From: an uncultured Planctomycetota bacterium
Lineage (GTDB): Bacteria; Planctomycetota; Planctomycetia; Isosphaerales; Isosphaeraceae
NCBI GenBank assembly: GCA_963845755.1
Contig: CAWJTV010000015.1
Location: 96,001 to 160,000 of the forward strand
Length of the DNA: 64,000 nucleotides
Direction: 5' to 3'
Shown in pieces: positions 42,949-54,007 of this stretch. The stretch's first letter is position 1. Each line of letters opens with the position of its first letter. The notes below the pieces were generated by a model. The model did no database searches, was not told where the DNA came from, and saw nothing but the letters and a program-made list of their open reading frames with translations. The position numbers and the translations under genes were made by a program.

Positions 42949-44051
42949 ATGAACACTGATGAAAAACGGGAGAAATCGCCGATTGCAAGGGTCGGATCGA
43001 GGCGATGGGGGTACAAACTTCTCTCAGCGTTACTTCTGATTGGGTTAACGGCCCTGACGGCCTGGAACCTGACCCGATCGTCCGCCCTGGAGGAAGCGCA
43101 ACGGGATTATTCGCGGGTCGACCTGGTTTCTTGCTTGCAGCATGCCCTGGATCACCTGGAGCGAAGGCCCTGGAGCCATGACGCGGCGCTGCTCGCCGCA
43201 AACTGCCTGAGCCGGATGGATTACTCGGTCGAGGCCGAGGCGTATTATCAGAGGGCCGGGCGGTTGTCCGTGAACGATCTCCAGATCCGCGCCTTCGGCC
43301 TCGTGCGCGGGCCGCATCCGGATCACGCGATTCGGGCCTACCAGCAGATCCTCGAGCGCGAGCCCGAGAATATCGCCGCCATGCGCCGGCTCGCCGCTGT
43401 GATGTTGTCGCAGAACAACACGACGGAGCTGCTAAGGCTATCGGATCGCCTCAGCCACATCCCCGGCGGCGAGGTCATCGGCTTCATGCTGCGGGGGGTG
43501 GTTTATCATAACGACCGGAATCCGCAACAGGCCGTGGCGGCATTCGAGCGCGTCCTGGAGCTCGACCCTGAACTCAAGGAGATGCCCGCATCGCGCAAGA
43601 TGTTCTGGATGCATTTCACCGATGACCTGGCCAGGAGCGGCCGCCTTGACGACGCCGGCAAGTACCTGGCCCAGGAGGTGGCGAGGACACCGGACGCCGA
43701 GCTCATGAACCGGCTCGGCGAGACCTATCTCCTCCAGGGAGAATCCGACGAGGCGGAACGTTGCTTCCGCCAGGCCGTGGAGTGGGATACGAAGAGGTAC
43801 GCTCCCCACCTGCAACTGGCCAAGCTGGCGATTCAGCAAAGACGGCGCGACGAGGCTCTGCAACACCTAAACCAGGCCAGGCTGCTGGCGCCCGGCAGTA
43901 CGGCGTTCTGTACAACCTGGCTTCCGTATATCGGCAGCTCGGCCGCGTCGAAGAGGCCGACCGCATCCAAGAGGCCATCAAGCAGGTGCGCGAAGATGCG
44001 GCCTCGGTGCCACGCGCCCCGCGGGGCGAGTGGCCCCGGTATGCCCTTTGA
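42949..44051 (+). CDS. Membrane-anchored TPR protein; frameshift ~43890
   Basis: N-terminal TM helix and TPRs (AVAAFERVLELDP, AERCFRQAVEWD). The C-terminus VLYNLASVYRQLGR is in ORF 43761..44051. Confidence 0.85.
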
Positions 44052-44106
44052 TTCGATCGAGGCGTCTCCTCGGTCGGGCTTGCATCGGTCCAGGCATGCC
44101 GGCCCT

Positions 44107-45419
44107 TCACGGGGTCGTGGCAGCCTGGTCCGGCGTCGCTGCCGCCTGCGCCTCATAGTAATTGGCGAGACCCGGCTGTCCTTTCTTGCGATAGTAGTCG
44201 GCCAGGAGGCGATTCATCGCGGGATGAGACGGCTGAGCTCGGAGGACCAGGTTGGCCCATTCGATGGCCTCCTCCTCATGACCATGGGCCATCAGCCAAC
44301 TCGCTGCCGCGCTCCGAAGCGCCGGGTCAAGGGGCGAATCGCGCAGCGCGATGCTGATCCGCTCGAACTCCTTCTCGTCCTTGTGAAGCTGATCGACAGC
44401 CCGGAGCTCGGCAGCGGACTCGGTCTTCCTCCCGAGCCGGCTCAGGATCAGCATGCGCTGATACCGGAGGGCGGAATCGAAGGGATCGGCATTCACGGCC
44501 CGATCATAGTAGGCCAGCGCCGATTCGAACCGACCATGGCGGAGCTCGACCGAACCGCGGGCGGCCAGCACGACGGAATTCCGAGGCGACAGCGTCAAGG
44601 CGCGGTCGAGCAACCGGACCGCGGAGGGCTCGTCGCCCTGATCCAGCGCATTCCGCCCCGCGCCGAGATAGCCCATCGGGTCCTCCGGCTGCCGCGACTG
44701 GTAGGCTGCATATTCGGCGGCGGCTTCGTCATGACGGCGCAAGAATCGGAGCTGCTCGGCCAGCCCGAGCCGCGCCTTGTCGAGGCCGGGATCGCGCTCG
44801 AGCGCCGCGCGATAGCGTGCGATGACCACCTCGGGAGCGGCATCGTGCCGCATGTCGATCTCGGTCCGCAGCAGGTGGGGGCGACCGTCGTCGGGCACCT
44901 CGCGCGACCAGCGGTCCAGGACCGCGTCGGCCTCGCGCAATCGAAAGGAGCCGAGATAGATCCGCGCCAGGGCCTCTGCGACCTCCGGATCGGCCTTCTT
45001 GCTGCCCTCAAACGCCTCGCGAAGGTACGGCTCGGCCGCGGAGGATTGGTTGGCTTTGGCCAGGACCAAGCCCTGGAGCGGTACCAGAAACTGGCGGGGG
45101 TATCCCAGCGCCCGGGCCCGCTCCACTTCGTCGTGGGCGGTCGACAGGTCGTTTCGAGCCCAGGCGATTCGCGCCTTGAGGTAGTGGGCCTCGCCCGAAC
45201 GCGGCGCCGCCTTGAGCCAGCGCCCAGGCTTGCGGATGCCTCATCCAGTCGTCCGGCGTCCAGTGCACGGTGGGCAAGCCTTGCGTCCCGCGCGACCAGC
45301 CAGCGGTTTCGCAGCCAGATCCCTGCGGCAATCGCCCCCGCGGCGAGCACCACGAGATACAGGACCATCATTTGTCGCCGGCGCGAGGGGCCGGCGGCGG
45401 GCGGCGTTGCTGGCGACAT
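44107..45419 (-). CDS. Membrane-anchored TPR protein; frameshift ~45225
   Basis: TM helix MMVLYLVVLAAGAIAAGIWL, then TPRs (YRAALERDP, LDRALTLSP). Confidence 0.85.
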
Positions 45420-45820
45420 CGAACTTGCCAGGGCCTCCGGCATCCTCCCGATAAGCGGGCTTCTGAGATCGGCCCGGATCCGGTCGTGAGAGCGGTGAAA
45501 AAATCGGACGGACGATTCCGAGCAACCCGCCTCTCCTGGCGGTCAAGGATAGCGCGTTTCGGGACCGTGGACAAGAGCCGGCGAAGGAGGCGGGGCTGAT
45601 TCCGTAACTTGGCGAGCCGCCTGGCTCGGGCCGGGATTCTCCGCCAATCCGGGCCGGTACGATCGATTCTGGGGTTACGTTCCTGCCGATGTCGCCTGAT
45701 AGAATAGAATGCCTAAACGGTTGGCTTGGACACGCTCGGAGTTCCCGACCGAAGAACCTCCCTAACCCCAATACCGTTGAATTAGCGCTAACCAGGAGTA
45801 AGGACAGGACTTGCGAACGA

Positions 45821-45953
45821 CTTGTTCCCACGCTCCCGCGTGGGAACCACCCTTCTGGGACGCTCCGCGTCCCCGCGGTGTCTCCACTGCGGCGTGACGC
45901 AGCCGACGCGGAGCGTCGAGGACGGCATTCCCACGCGGGAGCGTGGGAACGAG
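45821..45953. repeat. REP doublet (REPIN-like) of the TTCCCACGC...GCGTGGGAA family
   Basis: Outer palindromes plus inner GACGC(T/G)..GCGTC palindromes; same architecture as 51606-51724. Confidence 0.9.
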
Positions 45954-46002
45954 AACCAGGCCCTTTTCTGCCTTCAGTTTATCACGAATTCAACGGTATT
46001 GC

Positions 46003-46085
46003 CCTAACCCCCCCTTCGTAAGGGGGGGAAAGGAAACGGGCCATTCCGCCTCAGTTTCCCCTCCTTACGAAGGGGGGAATCGGGG
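46003..46085. repeat. REP-like doublet CCCCCCTTCGTAAGGGGGG / CCCTCCTTACGAAGGGGGG
   Basis: Two inverted copies of a C6-G6 hairpin. Confidence 0.85.
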
Positions 46086-46173
46086 CATGGATCGCCTGCG
46101 CTGTGCGTGCCGGCCTTCGATCGTGCGAGACACACGTCGCGGTCGAGGGCCGTCGAGTTGAAAGGAACACGCG

Positions 46174-48565
46174 ATGAAAGGTCTCGTCCGGCTCTTGGTT
46201 GCGGGGGCCTTTTGCGTTGTGGCGGCGGTCGGGGCGATCGTCTGGATTACCGGAGGCATGGATTGGTCTCGCCTGGTCCGCCCGTCGGTCCCACCCGCCC
46301 CTCCGGGGACGAGCTCGGAAACCGAAGATCCCAACGTGACGTGGTATCCCGACCCCAACGCACCGGGAACGGATGCCAGGGTTTGCGTCGACCGGCGGCT
46401 CGCTGGATGTTGCTATGGGCGTCAACGCATTCGCGTTCAAGGGAACGATCCGGGACCCCAGCTCGCTGGGTGAGGTGCGTGAAGCGATCCGAGTGCGCGG
46501 GCCGCGAGGGCTCGCCGCCAAGCGCAGGAGTACGATCGGCTCGGGCTCGACGCTCATCCCACATTCCAGCAAGGCCTCAAGGCCATCCCATTGGCCGGCG
46601 AGGTCGCGTTCTACTACATGCACGAAGGGGATTTCGCGCAGGCCGAATCGTGGCTGCGACGAGGACTGGACCTGTGCCGGAACCTCGGTTTCCCCGCGGA
46701 GATCCAGGGCGAATTCCACGCGTTGCTCGGCATCTCCGCCCTCCGTCGCGGCGAGATCGAAAACTGCCTGGAGTGTCTCGGCCCGTCGAGCTGCATCTTC
46801 CCGATCGATCGCCAGGCCGTCCACATCCAGAAGGAAGGCTCACGCGAGGCCGTCCGGCACTTCTCGGATTACCTGAAACTGCGGCCCTGCGACCTTCGAT
46901 TCCGATGGCTCCTGAATATCGCCTACATGACCCTGGGCGAGTACCCGGAGCAAGTCCCGAGAGAATACCTCATCCCGATGGATGGGTTCCGCTCGAAGAT
47001 GGACGTCGGAGCCTTCCACAACGTCGCGCCCCGGGTAGGACTGGGCGTTCGCGGCCCGAACCTCGCCGGCGGGAGCTTCTTCGACGATTTCAACGGCGAC
47101 GACCTTCCGGACCTGTTCGTCACCTCGATCGACGTCGATCGGGGAGCTTCGCTGTTCCTGAACCGGGGCGATGGGACGTTCGACGATCGTTCCGCGTCCG
47201 CGGGACTCGACGCCCAGGTCTACGCCCTGAACCTGGCACGCGGCGATTACGATAACGACGGCCATCCCGACGTGTTGTTGTTACGCGGCGCGTGGGAGAA
47301 GCCGGGTCGGCTCTCGCTGCTCAGGAACACGGGCGACGGCGTGTTCGAGGACGTGACGCTCAAGAGCGGGCTGGGAGAGCCGATCTCCTCCGAGTCGGCC
47401 GTCTGGGGCGACTACGATAACGATGGTTGGCTCGACGTGTTCGTCTGCGGCGAATTCCACACGACCGATCCCAATCCCCGCGAGCGCTGCCGGCTCTATC
47501 ACAACCAGCACGATGGCACGTTCAAGGATGTCGGCCCGGAAGCCGGCGTCGCCGGTGATGGGATCGCCAAGGGATCGGCCTGGGGCGATTATGATGACGA
47601 CGGCCGACTCGACCTGTTCGTCTCGTACATGGACCATCCCTGTCACCTCTATCATAACGAGGGCAATGGCCGCTTCCGTGACGTCACCACCGAGCTGGGG
47701 ATGGCGGGACCGGCCCACCTGCGCTCGTTCGCCTGCTGGTTCTGGGACTACGACAACGACGGCAACCTGGACCTCCTCGTGAATGATTACTACGGCGCGC
47801 TCGTCAACATCGTGGCTCAGGCGATCGGCGTACGCGAGAAGGAAGACGCCGGACACCCTCGCCTCTACCGGAACCTGGGCAAGCAAGGCTTTCGCGACGT
47901 CAGCGATGAGGTTGGCCTGGATTCGACCATCGACGCGATGGGGGCGAATTTCGGGGACATCGACAACGACGGTTATCTCGACACCTATTTCGGGACGGGC
48001 GAGATGTCGTATTCGGGGCTGGTGCCGAACGTGATGCTCAAGAACGTCGAGGGACGGCGCTTCGAAGACGTAACGGACTCGTCCCGGACCGGGCATCTCC
48101 AGAAAGGTCATGGAATCTCGTTCGCCGACTGGGATTGCGACGGCGACCTGGACCTGTTCTGCGTCCTGGGTGGTGCGTTTCCCGGCGACCAGGCTTATAA
48201 TGTGTTGTTCCAGAACCCCGGTCACGGCCGGCACTGGCTGAAGGTCAAGCTGGTCGGCACCCGGACCAACCGATCCGCGATCGGGGCACGGATCCAGGCC
48301 GATCTGAAGGACGCCGACGGCCGCTGCGCGGTCGATCTACAGGACGATCGGCAACAACGGCAGCTTCGGGGGCAATTCACTGGTCGAGACGATCGGCCTG
48401 GGTGGCGCGACGTCCGTGACCAGCCTCAGAGTGACCTGGCCGACCAGTCGAACCACCCAGGTCTTCGCGAACGTAACTGCCGACCAACTGATCGTGATCA
48501 GTGAAGGGACCGATTCGTACAAGGCCGTTCGCCAGTCTCCCTTGAAGCCGCCGGCCGCCCGGTAG
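46174..48565 (+). CDS. CRTAC1-family protein, paralog 2; about three frameshifts
   Basis: Colinear with 38099..40504: RRGEIENCLECLGPSSCI, GPNLAGGS, TGHLQKGHGISFADWDCDGDLD, GNNGSFGGN. Confidence 0.9.
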
Positions 48566-48645
48566 GGAAGGCGGTGCCCCTCAGAGCACCGCCGTATGAT
48601 GCGGCGCCCCGTCCACCCTGCCTTCGAGTGTCCATCGAACGCTCT

Positions 48646-49969
48646 ATGGAACAACGCAACGGGACATCGAGCCGTGTACGTCCTCCCGGACTCGTGATCG
48701 TGATCGCCCTTGTGGGCTGCATTGGCGGGATCGTCGCGATCGGCGCGCGTCGATGGCGGGAGCCCGGGTACGCGCCTGAACGAAGTCCGGGCCCTCGCGC
48801 GTGCGGGAAAGTTCGAGCAGGCCCGGGAGGCGTTGCGCCCTGACCTGCGGGCCAGGCCCGATGACTCGCACGCTCACCTCCTGATGGCTCAGCTCGCCAC
48901 CGAGCCGCCGCGTCCCGATCCGAAGATCGCCCTGGAACACCTTCGTGCCGTCCGCACGAGCGGCCCGAGGGAGGCCGCGATCGTGAAGTTCTTCGAGGGG
49001 AAGGCGCAGTATCAGCGCGCGGTACGACCTGGCCGAGGACTGCTGGAAGGAGGCACTTCGCCTCGATCCCATCGTGCCGGGAGCGGGCTGGGCGTCATGG
49101 ACCTGCTGGACAAGGAGGGGCGGACGGAGGAAGCCCATCGGCTCGGCATGAGGATCCACGAGAGCGAGCCCGACCCGGTTGACCGGGTGAAGATCCTTCT
49201 GGAAGTCGCACGAATTGACATCGAGAAGGTCGCCCCCGGCTCGCAGGTCCAGTTGTTCGAGCCGCTGGCGAGGGAACACCCGGAGAACCTCCCTCTGGAC
49301 CTGTCGGCTGGCCTGGCCCTGGTCCATGACAGTCGGGGCGAGTCGGGGGTGGAGCTGCTGGAGGGGGCTCTCCGCGGCCACCCGGACTCGGCCGAGGCCT
49401 GGGATGCCTGGATGACCGGGTTGTTTGACGCAGCCCAGTTCGATCGATTCAGCGAGGAGTTTGCTCGCTTGCCCAAGGCGATCGCCGCCGATCCACGGTT
49501 CGCCAAGCACGAGGGAAAGCTGGCACAAAACGCCCGCGACTGGCCGCGGGCCGTCCGGGCTTATCGCCGCGCCCTCACACTCGATCCCTCGGACCAGGCG
49601 ATCCTCTACCGGTTCTGGTTCGTCCTTCGTCAGTCCGGGCAGACTGCGGAATTCGAACGGATCGACCGCGACTATCAGAGCTATCGCGAAGCCTATCGCC
49701 AGTTGCGCGGGACCACCTTCGATCTGGACCCGTCGGCCATGAAGCCGAGCTCGAATGCGGAGGAGCTCGGAAAGCATCGCGGCCTCTACTACGAGGCGAT
49801 TGCCATGCCGACGCTCGGCGTGGTTTCCCAGCCGGATCTCTATCATCGACTGGCCGACCTCCGCGAGCGAATGGGCCGGCGCGACGAGGCGCGCGCCTGG
49901 CACCTCCTGGTGCTGCGGGATCGCCCGGGCGACGCGGTCAGCCTGGCGGTGCTCGAGCGGTTGAAGTAA
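48646..49969 (+). CDS. Membrane-anchored TPR protein; frameshifted
   Basis: TM helix LVIVIALVGCIGGIVAI, TPRs, C-terminal LADLRERMGR.DEARAWH.LVL. Confidence 0.85.
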
Positions 49970-50190
49970 CATGGAATCGTCCCAGCCCGATACCATTGCA
50001 CCTGAGTGCGTGGCTTCGGATGGTGCGTAGCCCACCGACCTCGGCGTCCTCCCGATCCGATGGGCTGGGTGAAACGCACCGACGTGCGAGGCAAGAGGTA
50101 CCCCGTCCGAACCACGGTCTCACGACCGGGGTCACCGTGAGCGGCAAGTGATCAGTGAGCAGTGGGCTCGTTGTGGCAAGCGACAAGAGA

Positions 50191-51486
50191 ATGATCTCCG
50201 AAACGGAAGTGGCCATTCCCTCCGAGGTTGAGCATTCGGTCGCTCAGGTTGAACGATCGGTCGCGGTGCCCGTGCCCGTTCGAGCGAGTCGGAGACGCCT
50301 TCGTTGGCTGACAACCTTGGTGGTATCCGCGGCAGTCGTCGGTTTGCTCGGATTCAATGCCTGGTGGTACTGGCGCGACACACGTCCGATCGCCAGCCTT
50401 CGAACGATCGAGGCCTGGATCGTCCGGGAACAATATGGTCCGGCCGAGGACGCGCTGCGGGCACGCCTCAGGCATGCCCCGCATGACGCCGAGGCTCGTA
50501 TGATTCTGGCGCGGGTCCTGGCTGCGCGGGGTGACACGGCGGGCTGCGCTCGAGAGCTGCATCAGGTTCCGCACTGGTGGCCGAACAAGCCCGATGCCCT
50601 GTTCCGCGAGGCTCAGGCTTACTTGATGATCGACCGGGCGAGGGAGGCCGAGGCCGCGCTCCTGGCGGTGATCGAGGCCGACCCACTCCATCCTCCAGGC
50701 TCGGAGCTCGCTCACGACGCGAGCCAGGAACTCCTGAAACTTTACGCGATGGAAGACCGATGGGAGGATGCCTACGGTGTCCTCTGGACGGCCTACGATC
50801 GTTCGGCGCCCGCCGACCGTCCCGTGTTGCTCTCGATGCGGATCCGATGCGAACTGCAGCGCGTGGCACCGACTGAATCGATAAAACTGCTACGTCGCTA
50901 CGTGGCCGCCGACCCACAGGACTGGGAGGCGCGACGTTCCCTGGCGAACGTCGAGATGGCGCTGGGCCACGGGGCGGAAGCGGTCCGCGAGATGCGGGCG
51001 TGCCTCGAGGGACGTCCGGACGATTCCCGCACCTGGCGCGACTATCTGACTCTACTCCAGTCGCTGGGCGATCTCGACGCCTTCAACGCCGCCCTGGAGC
51101 GGCTCCCCAAAAGCGCCGACGAGGAGCCGGAGATCTGGCTCCTTCGCGGCCAGGCGCGCGAGCGGAACGGCGACTCCGCCGGCGCCGCCGAGAACTATCG
51201 CCAGGCTCTCCAGCTCAACCCCAATCTCGTCGCCGCTCGCTATCGCCTGGCGATGATCGAGGAGCGCCTGGGCCATCGCCAGGAAGCCGCCGCCCACCGG
51301 AAGCGCTGGCAGGAGATCCGAGACGCCCGCGGAAAGCTGGCCCAGGTCTACTCGGACTACTACGCCGCGTTCGATCGACCTGCCCAGGACCTCCGCGACG
51401 CCGTCAAGAAGCTGGCCTCGATCTGCGAGACAATCGGCTGGCTACGGGTCGCGGAGGGCTGGAACCGGTACGCGGCCACCCTGTGA
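50191..51486 (+). CDS. Membrane-anchored TPR protein (intact; start may be 50155)
   Basis: TM helix WLTTLVVSAAVVGLLGFNAWWYW, multiple TPRs (YRQALQLNP..ARYRLA). Confidence 0.88.
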   Translation: MISETEVAIPSEVEHSVAQVERSVAVPVPVRASRRRLRWLTTLVVSAAVVGLLGFNAWWYWRDTRPIASLRTIEAWIVREQYGPAEDALRARLRHAPHDAEARMILARVLAARGDTAGCARELHQVPHWWPNKPDALFREAQAYLMIDRAREAEAALLAVIEADPLHPPGSELAHDASQELLKLYAMEDRWEDAYGVLWTAYDRSAPADRPVLLSMRIRCELQRVAPTESIKLLRRYVAADPQDWEARRSLANVEMALGHGAEAVREMRACLEGRPDDSRTWRDYLTLLQSLGDLDAFNAALERLPKSADEEPEIWLLRGQARERNGDSAGAAENYRQALQLNPNLVAARYRLAMIEERLGHRQEAAAHRKRWQEIRDARGKLAQVYSDYYAAFDRPAQDLRDAVKKLASICETIGWLRVAEGWNRYAATL

Positions 51487-51605
51487 GTACGCGGGACGCA
51501 ATGAGGAAACGACCATGAGCGGCGCATTCTTCTCTTCACTGCGTACGACCCTACGCGGTCTTGGAACGCTGACGGAACAACTTCCCGGAATCGGACCAGC
51601 CCTAA

Positions 51606-51724
51606 CTCGTTCCCACGCTCTGCGTGGGAATGCCTTCTTCGACGCTCTGCGTCGCGGCCTTCGGCCCCGCCCGTGGGACGCGGAGCGTCCCGGACGGCAT
51701 TCCCACGCGGAGCGTGGGAACGAG
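51606..51724. repeat. REP doublet (REPIN-like) CTCGTTCCCACGCTCTGCGTGGGAATG...CATTCCCACGCGGAGCGTGGGAACGAG
   Basis: Terminal inverted palindromes with inner GACGCTCTGCGTC / GACGCGGAGCGTC. Confidence 0.92.
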
Positions 51725-51852
51725 GGGAAATCGGGAGGTTGTTTCGTCAGCGTTCCTCGGCCGCAAGCTAGAGCGCGTAACGATTGCGTTGCGCATGCGC
51801 CCGCCGCGAGCGATCGAGCCCACCGCGGCCAGTGGGGGACGATGTGCGGCGG

Positions 51853-52041
51853 CGGCCCGCAGGGCCTCAGGAGCAAAGCCCCGGGTGAAACCCGGTGTCC
51901 GCGGCAAGCCGGCCTTCATCCCCGGAGGCCTGAAGGGCCGCAGGAGACGTCCGGCACCCCTTCAGGGTGCACGAGGAAGGCGCGGGGTGCACGAGTCCCA
52001 GGGTTTCACCCTGGGCTGGGTTCCCGCGGCCCGTCAGGCCG
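51853..52041. repeat. Third REP-like family (GCCCCGGGTGAAACCCGG...GGCCTGAAGGGCC...CACCCCTTCAGGGTG...CCCAGGGTTTCACCCTGGGCT)
   Basis: Nested short hairpins arranged as a long imperfect inverted repeat. Confidence 0.75.
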
Positions 52042-52130
52042 CAGAACATCGGAAATGTTGAATCACGAATCGGGGCTTCCCGACTTGTCGCACGACCCAG
52101 GGATCCTACGGAGGAAGACTCGACTGACCA

Positions 52131-54004
52131 ATGACCAATCCCCAACGATGTCTTCTGGGCGTGATCGTGCTGGGAGCATCGCTCCTTTTCGGCTGGCTTG
52201 GGTGGTCGCGGTACCGGTTGACGACCGACCCATTGAGCATGGCGCGAGAGGCGTATTCCCGCGGCGACTGGGAGTCTGCGGCCGGCCTGTGCGTGCGCGG
52301 CTCAAGTCGGCGCCCGAAGACGTCCCGGCCTTGCAACTCCTGGCCCGGGCGTCGGTCCGGCTGGGGCGAGACTCCGTGGCGACGGCGCTCTATCAACGGC
52401 TTGGCTCGTTGGCCCCGACAGCCGAAGACCTGTATCTCCAGGGGCTGGTCCTGTCCCGGTCCGACAAGCCCCGGCGGGCGGTGGCCACCTGGGAGCACGC
52501 CCGGACCCTGGATCCGGATCATCCTGAGACGCTTCTCGAGCTGACCCGCGCTATCGCGCCCGCGGCCGCCTCGACGACGCGGAGCAGGTCGGTACCGCAC
52601 TGGCAACTGCGCCACGGTTGGGAGTCGCGCGCCGAGGCGATGCTCGGCATGATCCAGCTCGAGCGGAACGACCCGGCGGGCGCCGCCGCCTACTGGCTGC
52701 GTGCCCTGGGGCGAGCGGAGGTGGTGAAAGACGGGGTGCCCCGGCCGATCGTGCCGCGCAAGGAACTGGCGATCGCCTGGCTGCGAGCGGGGCGACCGGG
52801 CGATGCCCGGGACCAGCTCCGCATCGTCCTGGCCGCGAAGCCCGATCCCGAAGCCTACTGGCTCATGAGCCGCGCCGCACTTCAGGAGGGCGCCTGGGAT
52901 GAAGCCCGGTCCGCGTTCCAGAAGGGGAGCGCCTATCGCGACGAGCATCCCGAGGTCTTCGACCCGGCCCCGTACGTCGGCTCGGAGCCGTGCGCCGCCT
53001 GCCATACCGCCGAGTTCAAATCGCAGCAGGCTTCGCGTCATGCCCGGACGTTTTTCCGCGACGCCGAGCTCGGCGGCCTCGTGCTCCCCGCCTCGACGGT
53101 CGCCGATCGCTTCGATTCCAGGACCACACACGCGCTCTACCGGACCGCCGACGGCCGGTTGCGGCAGGAGACCCGAAGGGACCGTCAGGTCTTCGACGCG
53201 GTCGTCCAGTATGCGTTCGGCTCCGGGGACCGGGGACTGACTCTCGTGGGGCGCGACGGCAAAGGGAAAGCCTACGAGCTTCGGCTCTCGGAGTATCCCG
53301 ATGGCTCCGCCGCGACCTGGGACCTGACTTCAGGTCATCCACGCAATCCGGGCCGGCCCGAAGAGTTCCTCGGCCAGCCGCTGACCGAAGATGCGGTCCG
53401 ACTCTGCCTGTCCTGTCACGTTACCGAGCCGAAAGCCGTGCTCGACCGATCCGGCCCGTGCGCGCTCGACCGGGGAATCGGCTGCGAGAAATGTCACGGC
53501 CCCGGCGGGAACCACCTGAGGGCGGTCGAGGCCAAGCTTGTCGAGTCGGACCCGTCGATCGGCCGGCCATCGATGGTCGCCGGCGCCCGGCTCGTACACA
53601 TCTGCGCCCAGTGTCACACCCCGTCCAACCACGAGGTCTCGCGCGACGACCCGACCTCGGCCCGCTTCCAGAGCACCACGCTGACCTGGAGCCGCTGCTT
53701 CACCGAGAGCAACGACTCGCTGGATTGCGCGACCTGCCATAACCCGCATCGGGATGCCTCGACATCGATCCCACACTACGAGGCCCGGTGCCTGTCGTGC
53801 CATTCCAGCCAGGGTTCGGGACCGAGATCGCCTCAGACCGGCGACTCGAGGCCGCGTCGGCACGCGCTCATTCCATCCTCGGCTCGCACGATCTGTCCAG
53901 TCAACCCGGTGCAGGGCTGTATCGGCTGCCACATGCCGGCCGTCAAGGACATCGTCCCCCACTCGTCCTTCACCGATCACTTCATCCGCGTGCACCGAGA
54001 TTGA
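52131..54004 (+). CDS. Membrane-anchored TPR + multiheme c-type cytochrome (7 CxxCH); frameshifted N-terminus
   Basis: CAACH, CLSCH, CEKCH, CAQCH, CATCH, CLSCH, CIGCH; YVGS..C, YAFGSG, FTDHFIR. The TM helix is in ORF 52131. Confidence 0.9.
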
Positions 54005-54007
54005 CGA

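Noticed and set aside
44052..45489. C-terminal half of the 846-aa ORF 42949..45489
   Set aside because: After the frameshift at ~43890 the ORF is the antisense shadow of the minus-strand TPR gene. The real gene ends at 44051.
51515..52130. N-terminal 200 aa of the 829-aa cytochrome ORF
   Set aside because: It translates REP palindromes. The credible start with a TM helix is at 52131 in another frame.
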